Shown: one piece after another, positions 28,675 through 38,735 of the stretch
How positions within the stretch are numbered: the first letter of the stretch is position 1
Layout of the letters: each line of letters starts with the position of its first letter
Assembly (NCBI GenBank): GCA_026395815.1
Contig: JAPLXZ010000012.1
Span: 487 to 64,486 of the forward strand
Reading direction: 5' to 3'
DNA length: 64,000 nucleotides
From: Candidatus Pacearchaeota archaeon
GTDB lineage: Archaea > Nanobdellota > Nanobdellia > Pacearchaeales > GW2011-AR1
Translations under genes and position numbers: made by a program
The notes under the pieces: generated by a model
What the model was told of the DNA's origin: nothing
The model's database searches: none
The model's input: only the letters and a program-made list of their open reading frames with translations

Positions 28675-29094
28675 TTACTTTAAATTCATAATGTATTCTT
28701 TTAGATACGGATGAAAAGATGTTGTAAAATAATTTTCCAGTTCTTCTGGGTTGACCCATTTTAATTCTACAATTTCGTCTTTAGGCTTTTCTTTTCCTTC
28801 CACAACTTCGCATAAATAATAAACTAACAAGAAATCTTTCTTTTCTGAAAATATCCTTGTAAAAATATTTCCTAAATTCTCAACCCTAAGTCCTGTTTTC
28901 TCTTTTATTTTTTTCTTTAGAGTTTTTTCCAGCTCTTCTCCAAATTCTGCTTTTCCTCCAGGAAATACCCAGCTTAATTTTGGAACATAAGGATCATTCT
29001 CCCTCTTTCCTATTAATATCTTTCTTGTTTTTGTGTTAAAGATTATTCCAAGAAGAATTACCTGAAAACCTTCTTTAGATATCATTGTTTTCAT
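28675..29094 (-). CDS. NUDIX-fold protein with degenerate Nudix box
   Basis: GKAEFGEELEKTLKKKIKEKTGL fits the GX5EX7..UX..XGU spacing, but the REUXEE core reads KKIKEK. Confidence 0.55.
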   Translation of the reverse strand: MKTMISKEGFQVILLGIIFNTKTRKILIGKRENDPYVPKLSWVFPGGKAEFGEELEKTLKKKIKEKTGLRVENLGNIFTRIFSEKKDFLLVYYLCEVVEGKEKPKDEIVELKWVNPEELENYFTTSFHPYLKEYIMNLK

Positions 29095-29181
29095 ATAATA
29101 TTTTATTCAAATTTGCCTATTTAAGCTTTTCTTTTTGATAGAAAATAAGAAAATATTAAGAAATATTTTTTAACAATCTTG

Positions 29182-29901
29182 CTATTTTTCTTTAACAGAA
29201 AATTCAACTCCTAATTTCTTTGAATCTTTCTCGATGGTGTTTATAACTTCTTTCAATTTTTTGTCAGCTATTTTAATATCTTCTGATTCAATTTCTAAAG
29301 TATATCTTCCTGCTGAAATGTATTTTATGTTTATGCCATTTAAATTTTCTAAAATCTTCTTGATTAATCTTATGCCATCCGATTTTGTTGTTGTTAATCG
29401 AATTTCTTTTTTTATTGTTGATTTTTTCTTTTTTTGAGTATTCAATATTTCTAAAACTTTCTTTGAACTTTCTTTACCAATAAGTTCTTCCAACTTATTT
29501 GGATTTAATTTTGCTTCTTCTAAAACTTGAAATATTCTGCTCTCCTTTGAAATTTTTTTGATTAATTCTTCAGATTTTTCCCCCAAAACACTTTTTAATA
29601 TGCTGATATAACTTTTTTCTTGCTTATCTTGCTCCATTATCTCTTTTTTTTCTTTTTGAGTTACTCTTCTTAATGATAAATCTATGTTTCCTTGTGCAGA
29701 AATTCTTAAAACTTTACATACTATCTTTTTCTTTGGCACGACATAATCCCTGATATTTCTGATTCTTCCAGGAGCAATTTCACTCATAACAATATTTCCT
29801 TCCAGTTCTTTGTTCTCAAAAGGTATTTTTACAGAGACAACAGTTCCAACTATTCTTTCTACTGTACATAAAACTGTATCTCCCACTTCTAATTGTTCCA
29901 T
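29182..29901 (-). CDS. eif2a: translation initiation factor aIF2 alpha
   Basis: N-terminal S1 domain with GRIRNIRDYV...VCKVLRIS..GNIDLSLRRV, characteristic of e/aIF2-alpha. Confidence 0.75.
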   Translation of the reverse strand: MEQLEVGDTVLCTVERIVGTVVSVKIPFENKELEGNIVMSEIAPGRIRNIRDYVVPKKKIVCKVLRISAQGNIDLSLRRVTQKEKKEIMEQDKQEKSYISILKSVLGEKSEELIKKISKESRIFQVLEEAKLNPNKLEELIGKESSKKVLEILNTQKKKKSTIKKEIRLTTTKSDGIRLIKKILENLNGINIKYISAGRYTLEIESEDIKIADKKLKEVINTIEKDSKKLGVEFSVKEK

Positions 29902-29925
29902 ATTTTAAGAAAAAAGCCTTAGGTT

Positions 29926-31275
29926 TTAAATCTTTACTAATTCAATTTCCAAACTTTTTTTTAGCATCTCCAAAAATTCTTTTTCTTTCTCTTGTTTTAC
30001 CATACATCCTGCAGCAAATTCATGCCCGCCGACTTCTCCGCCTATCTTATTTATTATATCGGTTAGGATTTCTCTTATATTTCTGCCACTTCTTCCAACA
30101 CTTCTTACAGAAACTTTTATTTTGTCGTCGTAATAAGCCATTGTTGCAATGATTGTTCCGTTGTCATATATAGAAGAGTTAGATAATATGCTTGCTATTG
30201 TTCCAATAATTGTGTCTTTTATATTATCCTTTGCATTGATTATTACAAAACCATTTCCTTCAATTTTTTCTGTTTCTGAAACAAAATTCAATGCCGAAAT
30301 AATAAACTGTTTGTATTTAGTATGCATAGATTCTGCTCTCCTTTTTGCTTTTGTTATTTCCATACAGAATTGTATAGCTGTTTCACTCTCTCCAAGTTTG
30401 GAACATGCATTAATAATTGCACTTAACTCTCTGGCATCTTCTAATTTATTAAAAAATTTTATCAAAAAAATATCTCCTATTATTTCCCTGTTTTTTACTT
30501 TGGGATTTTTTAAGAGTATCGCAGTTACTAATCTTGACATTTCTTCATCATCCAGCTCGATTAAGCTTTTGTATTTTCCATTATTTATTGGACTTAATCC
30601 GATCTCTCTTAATAATTCCAGAACTCCCTTTGTATTCCCTGTTATTTCTGGAATGTATGGATCAGAACAGAATTCCAATGTTCTGTTGATAGGCCTTGTA
30701 GAAGGGTAAATTAGCAAACCCCGTTTCCTCTTTACTTCCCCATCATTTATAATAACATTATTAAGTTTGTCAATACTTTTTTCCATAGAATCTCCAATCA
30801 TCCCCAAAATTGCAAGTTTTGCCAATTCTTTATTTTCTTGATTTAATTGTTTGCAGAACAGATAAGTCAAACTTGAGCTGCTTATTTCTTCTTTATCATT
30901 AAGTTGTGGATTTAGAATGTTTATTCCTTCTGGAATTGTTTGGAAAACTTCATGATGGTCTATTATAAAAATATTTTCTATTTCCATTGTTGAGAAATGA
31001 TTTAAACTTCCAGATGCTAAATCAAGAAAAAGAATTATCTTATCTCTTGGAAGAGTGTCTATTGTTTCTTTTTCTAACCTCCTGACAATTTTTAAAGAAA
31101 ATTTTTTGTCCATCTTTTTTAAAGTTTGTACCATAATTGTTGCAGAGGTTATACCATCGGTGTCAAAATGACTTATTATTAAAACATCTTTATCTTTAAT
31201 CTTTTCAATAAACTTTTCTGCTATAGATTCAATTTGTGATGTCAGAGAATATTCATTGTTTAATTTTTCATTCAT
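29926..31275 (-). CDS. DHH/DHHA1 phosphoesterase, RecJ/GAN (Cdc45-like) family
   Basis: Motifs HFDTDG, LDLAS, IIDHH and GGEVGGHEFAAG. Confidence 0.7.
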   Translation of the reverse strand: MNEKLNNEYSLTSQIESIAEKFIEKIKDKDVLIISHFDTDGITSATIMVQTLKKMDKKFSLKIVRRLEKETIDTLPRDKIILFLDLASGSLNHFSTMEIENIFIIDHHEVFQTIPEGINILNPQLNDKEEISSSSLTYLFCKQLNQENKELAKLAILGMIGDSMEKSIDKLNNVIINDGEVKRKRGLLIYPSTRPINRTLEFCSDPYIPEITGNTKGVLELLREIGLSPINNGKYKSLIELDDEEMSRLVTAILLKNPKVKNREIIGDIFLIKFFNKLEDARELSAIINACSKLGESETAIQFCMEITKAKRRAESMHTKYKQFIISALNFVSETEKIEGNGFVIINAKDNIKDTIIGTIASILSNSSIYDNGTIIATMAYYDDKIKVSVRSVGRSGRNIREILTDIINKIGGEVGGHEFAAGCMVKQEKEKEFLEMLKKSLEIELVKI

Positions 31276-31312
31276 AATTCCTCTTTTCCGTTTAAAAAAC
31301 AGAGATAATTTG

Positions 31313-31672
31313 TTACTGATTAAGGTATTTCTTTAGTCTTCTTAACTTTGCAGACGTTCTTTCTTTGTCTCTCATAGCCCTTTTGTCTTTCTTATTTGTT
31401 GCATAATGTTTCTTAATTTTTTCAAGTTTTCCTTCAATGTTCTTTACATCTGGATTGATATGTTTGCTTCCAAGTATTTGAGATATTTTTTTCTTGAATT
31501 CTTTTGGATGAATATCCTCTTTCCTTAAGATTTCCCCTATTTTTTCACTTGTAAGCCCTTTTTCAGCTAATTCTAAGACCTTTTTTTCGAATTCTTCCTG
31601 AGAAATCCTTTTTGACTTTTTGGATTCTATATTTTTCTCTTCTGTTTCTTTTGGCATCTTAGTAAACCGCAA
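31313..31672 (-). CDS. rps15: 30S ribosomal protein S15 (uS15/S13e)
   Basis: ISQEEFEKKVLELAEKGLTSEKIGEILR...HP and the C-terminal KDKRAMRDKERTSAKLRRLKKY fit the archaeal S15 pattern. Confidence 0.7.
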   Translation of the reverse strand: MRFTKMPKETEEKNIESKKSKRISQEEFEKKVLELAEKGLTSEKIGEILRKEDIHPKEFKKKISQILGSKHINPDVKNIEGKLEKIKKHYATNKKDKRAMRDKERTSAKLRRLKKYLNQ

Positions 31673-31734
31673 TTTAATTTTTTAAACCTTCCTGTGAGTG
31701 AAAATTATTTAAACAGCCTTTTCTTTTACATTAA

Positions 31735-32526
31735 ATGGGAGAGGTGATAGGCATTTTGAGTTTAAAAGGGGGAGTTGGAAAAACTTCTACTGCTGTTGCT
31801 TTAGGAGCAGCTATCGCGGGTTTTGACAAAAAAGTCTTGTTAATCGACGGAAATCTTTCTGCTCCAAATCTTGGTTTATATTTGAATATATTAGAACCGA
31901 AGGTTACGATTCATGATATTTTAGAAAGAAGAGCAAATACTAAATCTGCAATACAGTCTTTAGATTTTTTTGATGTCATTCCTGCATCCATTTCTGATAG
32001 GAATATAGTAAATCCGTTGAAATTGAGAGATAGGATAAAGTTATTAAAGAAAAAATATGATTTTATTATCCTTGATTCTTCCCCAAGTTTAAATGAAGAG
32101 ACTCTTGCAGTTATGTTAGCATCTGATAAGTTAATTGTTGTCACTACTGCAGATTATCCAACATTAAGAATTACAATGAAAGCAATAAATATGGCTAAGA
32201 GGAGAGGAACTCCAATTGCAGGATTAGTTCTCAATAAGGTTTATAATAAAAAGTTTGAACTTCCTATTTCAGAGATAGAGAGAATATCAGAAGTTCCTGT
32301 AATGGCAGTTATACCTCATGATATTGATGTTTTAAGGGCTCTTGCTGAATTTACTCCTTCGACTAGCTATAAACCTAAGTCAGAAGCAAGCATCGAATAC
32401 AAAAAGCTTGCTGCTTCGCTTATTGGAGAGAAATATCGACCATTTAGGTTCAAATACATCTTTAGATTTAGTCCTAAAAAGCAAGATGTTAATAGGGAAA
32501 TATACTACGAAAGTGTTTTTGGATAA
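31735..32526 (+). CDS. MinD/ParA-family P-loop ATPase
   Basis: Deviant Walker A motif SLKGGVGKTSTAV, and Walker B FIILDSSP. Confidence 0.75.
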   Translation: MGEVIGILSLKGGVGKTSTAVALGAAIAGFDKKVLLIDGNLSAPNLGLYLNILEPKVTIHDILERRANTKSAIQSLDFFDVIPASISDRNIVNPLKLRDRIKLLKKKYDFIILDSSPSLNEETLAVMLASDKLIVVTTADYPTLRITMKAINMAKRRGTPIAGLVLNKVYNKKFELPISEIERISEVPVMAVIPHDIDVLRALAEFTPSTSYKPKSEASIEYKKLAASLIGEKYRPFRFKYIFRFSPKKQDVNREIYYESVFG

Positions 32527-32565
32527 TCTTATAAACAGAATTCAGTTCTAATTTTTAGATTTTAG

Positions 32566-32685
32566 AGCCCCATGGTTCAGTGGTCAAGAATTCAGCCCTT
32601 TGGAGTTAACGAGTGATTCGTTCACTCTCTTATTTCAAAGAAACGAAGAGAGGCTGAGACCCAGGTTCGAATCCTGGTGGGGCTA
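32566..32685 (+). tRNA. tRNA-Gln(UUG) with 47-nt canonical (37/38) intron at 32604..32650
   Basis: Hand fold: acceptor AGCCCCA/TGGGGCT, D stem GTTC/GAAT, anticodon stem CAGCC/GGCTG, loop CTTTGG..A, T arm CCAGG-TTCGAAT-CCTGG. BHB geometry: CTTT pairs with intron GAAG and is flanked by 3-nt bulges. Confidence 0.85.
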
Positions 32686-32688
32686 TTT

Positions 32689-33450
32689 TTAATGTTCTTT
32701 ATATCTTCCTCTCTTTTCAACTGCTTTAAGCCTTTCAAGAACTTTTGCAGAATCCTTGTAAGGTTTATAGCCACTTAAAACTTCTTCGAACAAAACTTCC
32801 CATTGCTTGAAATGGCGTGCTTCTAATGCTTGTTTAAGCAAATGCAAATCCACTGCTTTATCTTCAAATTTTCTGCTTATAAAACCTAAGCCAAAATCAA
32901 TGAAGAAGATTTTAATACGCTCGCTATCGCTCGCTGATTGATGTTGCTCCGAAACTGGCTCTGCCAAGTTTCTTCGCTTATCTTTAGTTAAAATAACATC
33001 CTCCTTGGTATTGTGTTTGTTAACTGTTAAATCATTCATCTGCGAAGCAGAATTAGTTTCTTGGTTTTCTACAAATATCATATTTGATGTTGTTAAATCT
33101 CCATGAATTATATCTTTATCATGAAGTTTTGCTATGTTCTCTCCAATTTTTCTGCAAATTTCTTTTTGTTTTTCTAAAGGGAAAGAGTCTAAATCTTCAG
33201 AAAGTTTTTTTCCTTGAATAAAAGGCATTTTTATTATGTTAAACTCTTTTATTGGAACAGGTTTTGGAACATCTATTATCTGAGATGCTTTTTCAAGAAG
33301 CTTTGTTTCTGATTTTGTTCTTCCCTTTCTAATCTTTTCATCTAATTCTTTAATACGATAAGATTTTTTTATTCTATCTTTAATTATCAAATCTCCTTCT
33401 TGAATAATCTTTGCTTCTGCTCCTTGTTGAAGTATTTTTGTAACAGTCAT
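32689..33450 (-). CDS. bud32: Bud32/PRPK-type atypical kinase (KEOPS subunit) with internal insertion
   Basis: QGAEAKI, IIHGDLTTSNMIF and FFIDFGLG motifs. About 50 extra residues lie between the catalytic loop and the DFG motif. Confidence 0.75.
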   Translation of the reverse strand: MTVTKILQQGAEAKIIQEGDLIIKDRIKKSYRIKELDEKIRKGRTKSETKLLEKASQIIDVPKPVPIKEFNIIKMPFIQGKKLSEDLDSFPLEKQKEICRKIGENIAKLHDKDIIHGDLTTSNMIFVENQETNSASQMNDLTVNKHNTKEDVILTKDKRRNLAEPVSEQHQSASDSERIKIFFIDFGLGFISRKFEDKAVDLHLLKQALEARHFKQWEVLFEEVLSGYKPYKDSAKVLERLKAVEKRGRYKEH

Positions 33451-33675
33451 GTTCTCTTTTGTATTTCATAATATTTATATATTTATTTTTCTTGATTATC
33501 TCATGGGGAAATTGATGGAGAACTTGTCAGCATCATTTATAGCAATAACTCTTCCTTTGTTCACTCTTGAAGTATTTTTAAGTTTTCTCTTTGTAAATTT
33601 TATAAAAAAAATTAGTAATAATCGTGCTCATTTAGAATTGCCTTTTATATGGAATGCTCGGCCTTTTAATGGAGA

Positions 33676-35043
33676 TTAAAGTCTCATTTTTTTGCCAAAC
33701 TTTTTTGCTAATTTCTGAATCTGCTTTTGGCTCAATCCCTGCGATAAATCTGCAGAACTGCTTGACTTTATCATGTCGTTCAGCAATTTGTACTGTTTTA
33801 ATAAAGCCCGAACATCGCTTGTTGGAACTCCTGCACCTTTAGCAATCCTTGACATTCTTGAAGTCTGTTTTTCTAGCAATTCTGGGTTTGTTTTTTCCTC
33901 AAGAGTCATAGATTTGATGATGTGTTCCCATCTTGCTACTTTCGCTTCTTGATTTTCCATAAAATTTTCCGGAATTTTTGTTTTAATTCCAGAAAAGCCA
34001 GGAATCATAGATTTTATCTTGTCAAATCCACCCATTGAACTCATGGATTTAACTTGTTCTATTACATCATCCAATGTTAATCTTCCTTCTTCGATATTTT
34101 TCTGGATCTTATTTTGGCTTTTTTCATCTGTAACTAATTTTATTTTTTCTATCAATGCTTGCAAATCACCCATGCCCAAAAGACGAGAAAGAAAAGACTT
34201 AGGATTGAATTCTTCTATATCGTTTATTTTTTCACCTGTTCCTATAAAATAGATTGGAGCATGTGTTTCTGCACAAGAGGTTAATGCTCCACCTGCCTTG
34301 GCTGTAGAATCCATTCTTGTTATTATTACTCCAGAAATGTTTACAGAATCTTTAAACTGGCTTGCTTGTTGTTTTGCAGCTTGTCCTATATCTGCAGGAA
34401 TTATAAGAATAGATTCTGTTGGTTTTGCTTCTTTGCTTATCTCTTTTATTTCTTTGATTAATTCTACATCTAAGGTATGACGGCCAGCAGTGTCTATAAT
34501 AACCATGTTGTATCCCTTCAATTGTTTTTCATATTTCTTCAGTATTTTAATAGGATTTTTTTCTGAAACATCTATAAAATAGTTAAGTTTATTTTTTTCT
34601 GCAAGCTGCTTCAATTGTTCTTGTGCTGCTGGCCTATGTGTATCTAAACTGATGACTGCAACCTTAAAACCCCTCTTTGAAAAATAATTTCCTAGTTTGG
34701 CTGTAGTAGTTGTCTTGCCACTTCCATAAAGCCCAAGAAGCATAATCACATTCTGTTTTTGATTGGGTTTTAATTCTTTATGTTCCCCTAAAATATTCAA
34801 AAGTTCTTCATGAAGAAGTTTGATGATATGTTCTTTTTTTTCTACTTCTTTCATTCGTTCATCTAATGCAGATTTTTTTATTTTTTCACTTAATTCTTTT
34901 ACAAGATGGACATCTACATCTGCTTCAATTAATGCTCTTTGCAAATCTCGGATAATAGAATCAACTAAATCTTTATCAAGAAATATGGCATTTGCTATCT
35001 TATCTGTTGCTTTTCTTAAAACTTCCCCGAGACGTTCCAACAT
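33676..35043 (-). CDS. srp54: signal recognition particle protein SRP54
   Basis: N, G and M domains are present. GTPase motifs GLYGSGKTTT, DTAGR and TRMD, with a Met-rich C-terminus. Confidence 0.9.
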   Translation of the reverse strand: MLERLGEVLRKATDKIANAIFLDKDLVDSIIRDLQRALIEADVDVHLVKELSEKIKKSALDERMKEVEKKEHIIKLLHEELLNILGEHKELKPNQKQNVIMLLGLYGSGKTTTTAKLGNYFSKRGFKVAVISLDTHRPAAQEQLKQLAEKNKLNYFIDVSEKNPIKILKKYEKQLKGYNMVIIDTAGRHTLDVELIKEIKEISKEAKPTESILIIPADIGQAAKQQASQFKDSVNISGVIITRMDSTAKAGGALTSCAETHAPIYFIGTGEKINDIEEFNPKSFLSRLLGMGDLQALIEKIKLVTDEKSQNKIQKNIEEGRLTLDDVIEQVKSMSSMGGFDKIKSMIPGFSGIKTKIPENFMENQEAKVARWEHIIKSMTLEEKTNPELLEKQTSRMSRIAKGAGVPTSDVRALLKQYKLLNDMIKSSSSADLSQGLSQKQIQKLAKKFGKKMRL

Positions 35044-35092
35044 AAAAGAAAGAGTATTTTAATGGTTATTAAATTTTGGGTTTTAATAATAT

Positions 35093-35830
35093 TTATAATT
35101 TGAGATAGATGTCTTTTATTTGTAAGATTTTATCTATCTTAATTAATCTGCTATATTCGGGAATACCTGCATGTTCTTTTTCAAATTTCCATGTCTCCAG
35201 CGGAATATAAATCATTCCTATCTTTGCATCGATTGCAGGTAAAACATCGCTTTTAATAGAATTTCCAACATGCCAAACATAAGATCTATCTCTATTACCA
35301 ATAAAAGCTTCAAGGATTTCTTTATTTTTGGTTTGAACAATGTGTATCTCATCAAACATCGACTCCAAATTATTTGCTAAAATTTTCATTTGTTGAATTT
35401 CTGCATCTCCTTTTGTAACTAAAATTAGTTCATCTCCTTTCTCTTTTAGATAATAAATTATCTCTTCTGCACCAAGCACTAATCCTTGTTTTTTCCATCT
35501 TTCAAAATCAAATGCTTGTGTTCCTATTTGATATGCTAATTTTTCACCTTCTAGATCATTAATACCTAAAGTTCTACAGATTTCTCGATATGTTTCAGAT
35601 GTTGATGTTGGAAATCTCTCTTTACAAAATCCTTTTCCAGAAGGCATCCAATCTTTAACTTTTTTTGAATCAATTTCTGCTTGAAGATTCATTATTGCAG
35701 GCACATCAGGAGCTCTAAGGCCCACTCTTTCAATCACTAACCTTGCGAAATCTAACAGAGGAAAAGAATAATCATGTATATTCCACATCAGAGTGTCGTC
35801 CAAATCGAATAGAAACCTCTTTTTTGTCAT
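35093..35830 (-). CDS. HAD-superfamily hydrolase
   Basis: Motif I FDLDDTL, and motif III/IV VGNSIKSDV. Confidence 0.65.
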   Translation of the reverse strand: MTKKRFLFDLDDTLMWNIHDYSFPLLDFARLVIERVGLRAPDVPAIMNLQAEIDSKKVKDWMPSGKGFCKERFPTSTSETYREICRTLGINDLEGEKLAYQIGTQAFDFERWKKQGLVLGAEEIIYYLKEKGDELILVTKGDAEIQQMKILANNLESMFDEIHIVQTKNKEILEAFIGNRDRSYVWHVGNSIKSDVLPAIDAKIGMIYIPLETWKFEKEHAGIPEYSRLIKIDKILQIKDIYLKL

Positions 35831-35881
35831 GTATAAGAAATATAATATTTATTTAAAAAAATAATTATACTATAAAATACA

Positions 35882-37045
35882 TTATAATCCTAACCTTTTA
35901 ATAAATTTTTCCTTATCGAAAACTTCTATTTTATCATATGCCTGTCCTACTCCTAAATACAAAATGGGTTTTTTTGTTATATAACCAACACTTAATGCTG
36001 TTCCGCCCTTCTCATCAATATCTGCCTTTGTTAATACTATCCCATCAATTCCAACACTCCAATCAAAACTCTTCACTTGTTCTATTACATCATTTCCTGT
36101 AATGCTTTCTCCAACAAAAATTTTCTTGTCTGGTTTGCAGACTTTTACTATTTTTTCCATTTCCCTAAGAAGATTTTTTGCAGTATGCATTCTTCCCGCA
36201 GTGTCAATCAAAACACAATCGACAAAGTTTTTTTTGGCATATTTTATTGCATCAAAACCAACTGAAGCAGGATCAGAACTGTATTCATGGCTTATCACTT
36301 TAACCCCTATTTTATCTCCATGCTCTTTTAATTGTTCTATTGAAGCAGCTCTGAATGTATCTGCTGCTGCTAAGACACAAGAAACATCTCTACTCTTAAG
36401 ATTCTCTGCTATTTTTGCAATAGTCGTTGTTTTTCCACTTCCATTTATACCGCAAAAAAGTATGACATACGGCTCTTTTGCTTGGTCTTTAGCCTTCTCT
36501 TTAATTTCTTCTGCTAAATCTCCTGGGGCAATTAAGATTTCCCTTATTATCTCTCTGAATGCTTCTTTTATTTCTTCTTCTACTTCTTTTTTCAGAAATT
36601 CTTTTCCAATTATCTTTTCCTTTAATTCTATTATTATCTTCTCTGCAACTTCAAGCGCGACATTATTTTCTAAAAGCAGCATTTCAAGTTCTTCTTTATA
36701 TACATCAAATTCCTTTTCAGAAATCTTTATCTTGGATATTTTGGAGGTTATCTTTTGAAAAAAGGATTTGCTTCCTGGCTTGGATTCTTCTTCAAGTTCC
36801 TCTTTTATTTCTTCTAATTTTTCTAAGTCTGGCTGGTATGTTTTTATTCCAGCGTTAAATTTCATTGGAATTTCTATTTCTTTAACGTCTTCACTAGGGG
36901 GTATAGGAACTTCTATTTCCTTAACTTCTGCTTCTTTTAGTTCTGTTATTTTCTCGGGTTTTTCTTCTTCCTTTTCTGCTTCTTCTACTTTTTTAGCTAT
37001 TTTCTTAGTCCAATTTTCAATCTTTTCTTTTAAAAACTTAAACAT
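35882..37045 (-). CDS. ftsY: SRP receptor FtsY
   Basis: Acidic E/K-rich N-terminus. GTPase motifs GINGSGKTTT, DTAGR and TKAD. Confidence 0.9.
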   Translation of the reverse strand: MFKFLKEKIENWTKKIAKKVEEAEKEEEKPEKITELKEAEVKEIEVPIPPSEDVKEIEIPMKFNAGIKTYQPDLEKLEEIKEELEEESKPGSKSFFQKITSKISKIKISEKEFDVYKEELEMLLLENNVALEVAEKIIIELKEKIIGKEFLKKEVEEEIKEAFREIIREILIAPGDLAEEIKEKAKDQAKEPYVILFCGINGSGKTTTIAKIAENLKSRDVSCVLAAADTFRAASIEQLKEHGDKIGVKVISHEYSSDPASVGFDAIKYAKKNFVDCVLIDTAGRMHTAKNLLREMEKIVKVCKPDKKIFVGESITGNDVIEQVKSFDWSVGIDGIVLTKADIDEKGGTALSVGYITKKPILYLGVGQAYDKIEVFDKEKFIKRLGL

Positions 37046-37125
37046 GCTTCTTTAAATCTTTAGAGATTTATAATGTTTTCCAAGTGAACATAAATTTTTA
37101 TAAAGAATAACTATCTTTTGAATAT

Positions 37126-38364
37126 ATGAAAGGAATATTAATTATTGTGGATGGAATGGGTGATTTGCCATGCAAACAACTTGGAGAGAAAACACCTTTG
37201 GAAGTTGCAAATATGCCGAATCTTGATTTTTTTGCTGCAAGAGGAGAAATGGGATATATGTATCCTGTAAAGCCAGGATTTGTACCGGAATCAGATGAAT
37301 CTGTTGTTTCTATTTTTGGAAATGAATTAATTTCCAGCACAAGAGGGCAGTTAGAAGCAAGAGGCACTGATATAAAATTGACAAGAGGGGATTTGGCATT
37401 CAGAGCGAATTTTGCAACAATCGATTCATTGAAAGGAAATATTCTTGACAGAAGAGCAGGAAGAACTCTTACAACAGCAGAAGCAGAAGTTTTAACCAAG
37501 GCATTGAATGGAATAAAACTGCCCTGCGAATTCATATTCAAACCTACAATCGGGCATAGAGGAACATTAGTTATTAGAGGGGGTTTTTCTGATAATATAT
37601 CTGGAAATGATTCTGTTTATACCCAAGGAAAAAGCCAAGTTTCTGATAAGGTTGGATTTTGTAGGGCGTTAGATGATGAAGACAATTCTCAGTATACTGC
37701 AAATATAATCAATGAATTTTTAGAAAAAACTTATGAAGTTCTTAATAGGCATCCTGTAAATGAAGATAGAAGGAGAAGAGGATTGCCTCCTGCAAATTTC
37801 ATTCTTGTAAGAGGAGCAGGAATTGAGGTTCCAAAATTAAAACTTTACAGAAAGTGGGTTTCTGTTAGTTATATGCCTTTAGAAATAGGATTTTCAAAAG
37901 TTTCTGGCATGAAAATTTTTTCTTTTGATTATCCCAAATTAAAAAAATTAGATGTTTATGCAAATCTTTATGAAGGACTGTCTAAAGCATGCAAACTTGC
38001 CATGTGGGTTTTGAAAAAGAACAAAAAAAGCGCAGATTATGCTTATATTCATCTAAAAGAGACAGACATACCAGGACATGATAATAAGCCTCTTGAAAAA
38101 AGAGCAATGTTAGAATATATTGATAAAACTCTATTTAATTTTTTAAGGAAATTTGCTCCTCCTAATAGGATTAAAGTGGTAATCACAGCAGACCATACAA
38201 CTTCGTGTAAAAGCAAGGCGCATACTGCTGACCCTGTTCCTGTGCTTTTTTATAATAATTCAATTCCAAGAGAAAAGAAGTTTACTGAATCAGAAGCAAG
38301 AAAAGGAAGTCTTGGAAGAATATTGGGAAAAGAGTTATTACAAAAAGTCAGATTTTTGAAGTAA
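37126..38364 (+). CDS. apgM: cofactor-independent phosphoglycerate mutase, archaeal type
   Basis: N-terminal ILIIVDGMGD, internal DRRAGR, and C-terminal TADHTT. 412 aa. Confidence 0.8.
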   Translation: MKGILIIVDGMGDLPCKQLGEKTPLEVANMPNLDFFAARGEMGYMYPVKPGFVPESDESVVSIFGNELISSTRGQLEARGTDIKLTRGDLAFRANFATIDSLKGNILDRRAGRTLTTAEAEVLTKALNGIKLPCEFIFKPTIGHRGTLVIRGGFSDNISGNDSVYTQGKSQVSDKVGFCRALDDEDNSQYTANIINEFLEKTYEVLNRHPVNEDRRRRGLPPANFILVRGAGIEVPKLKLYRKWVSVSYMPLEIGFSKVSGMKIFSFDYPKLKKLDVYANLYEGLSKACKLAMWVLKKNKKSADYAYIHLKETDIPGHDNKPLEKRAMLEYIDKTLFNFLRKFAPPNRIKVVITADHTTSCKSKAHTADPVPVLFYNNSIPREKKFTESEARKGSLGRILGKELLQKVRFLK

Positions 38365-38367
38365 TTT

Positions 38368-38640
38368 TTAATTTGTCAGTTTAATCCTTGCAACTTCTTC
38401 TGGTTCTGGGTCTTCAATTATAAGTCCAAATATAGGGTATTCCCTAATCTCGCAAGGTAATCTCTCTACTCTTACAGATATTTCTTTTGGGATATAAACA
38501 GAAGGAGTTATTTCCTTTAATTTTTCTGCAATTTCCTCAAGACTTCCAAATTTTTTTCCAAAAAAGCATTTTAATCCTCTTTTTGTTGATTCATATGCCC
38601 AATTAAAATATTTTCCCTCTTCTAAAACAAGATTTTTCAT
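38368..38640 (-). CDS. hypothetical protein
   Basis: 90-aa ORF with no recognisable motif. Confidence 0.4.
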   Translation of the reverse strand: MKNLVLEEGKYFNWAYESTKRGLKCFFGKKFGSLEEIAEKLKEITPSVYIPKEISVRVERLPCEIREYPIFGLIIEDPEPEEVARIKLTN

Positions 38641-38735
38641 TTTAATTACTTTGAAAACTAGTATTTAAATATTTATATAATAAAATTTTTGAGACAGATA
38701 TAAGAGATTTTTTTAATTACAACAATTATTAAAAA

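Noticed and set aside
33449-33842. Two + strand ORFs (33449..33679, 33654..33842) lie in the Bud32-SRP54 spacer and over the SRP54 3' end.
   Set aside because: The translations are hydrophobic and low-complexity. One overlaps the SRP54 coding end in antisense. The spacer more plausibly holds the Bud32 promoter.
36102-36758. Long antisense ORFs inside confident genes (for example 36102..36758, 36559..36858 and 36768..37055 opposite ftsY; 30149..30709 opposite recJ-like; 5001..5546 opposite the helicase; 26597..26968 and 56055..56483 opposite surface proteins).
   Set aside because: Their translations are low-complexity (S/F/L/I-rich). They lie entirely within genes that carry strong motifs on the other strand. 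This is typical of AT-rich and repeat-rich coding DNA read in reverse.
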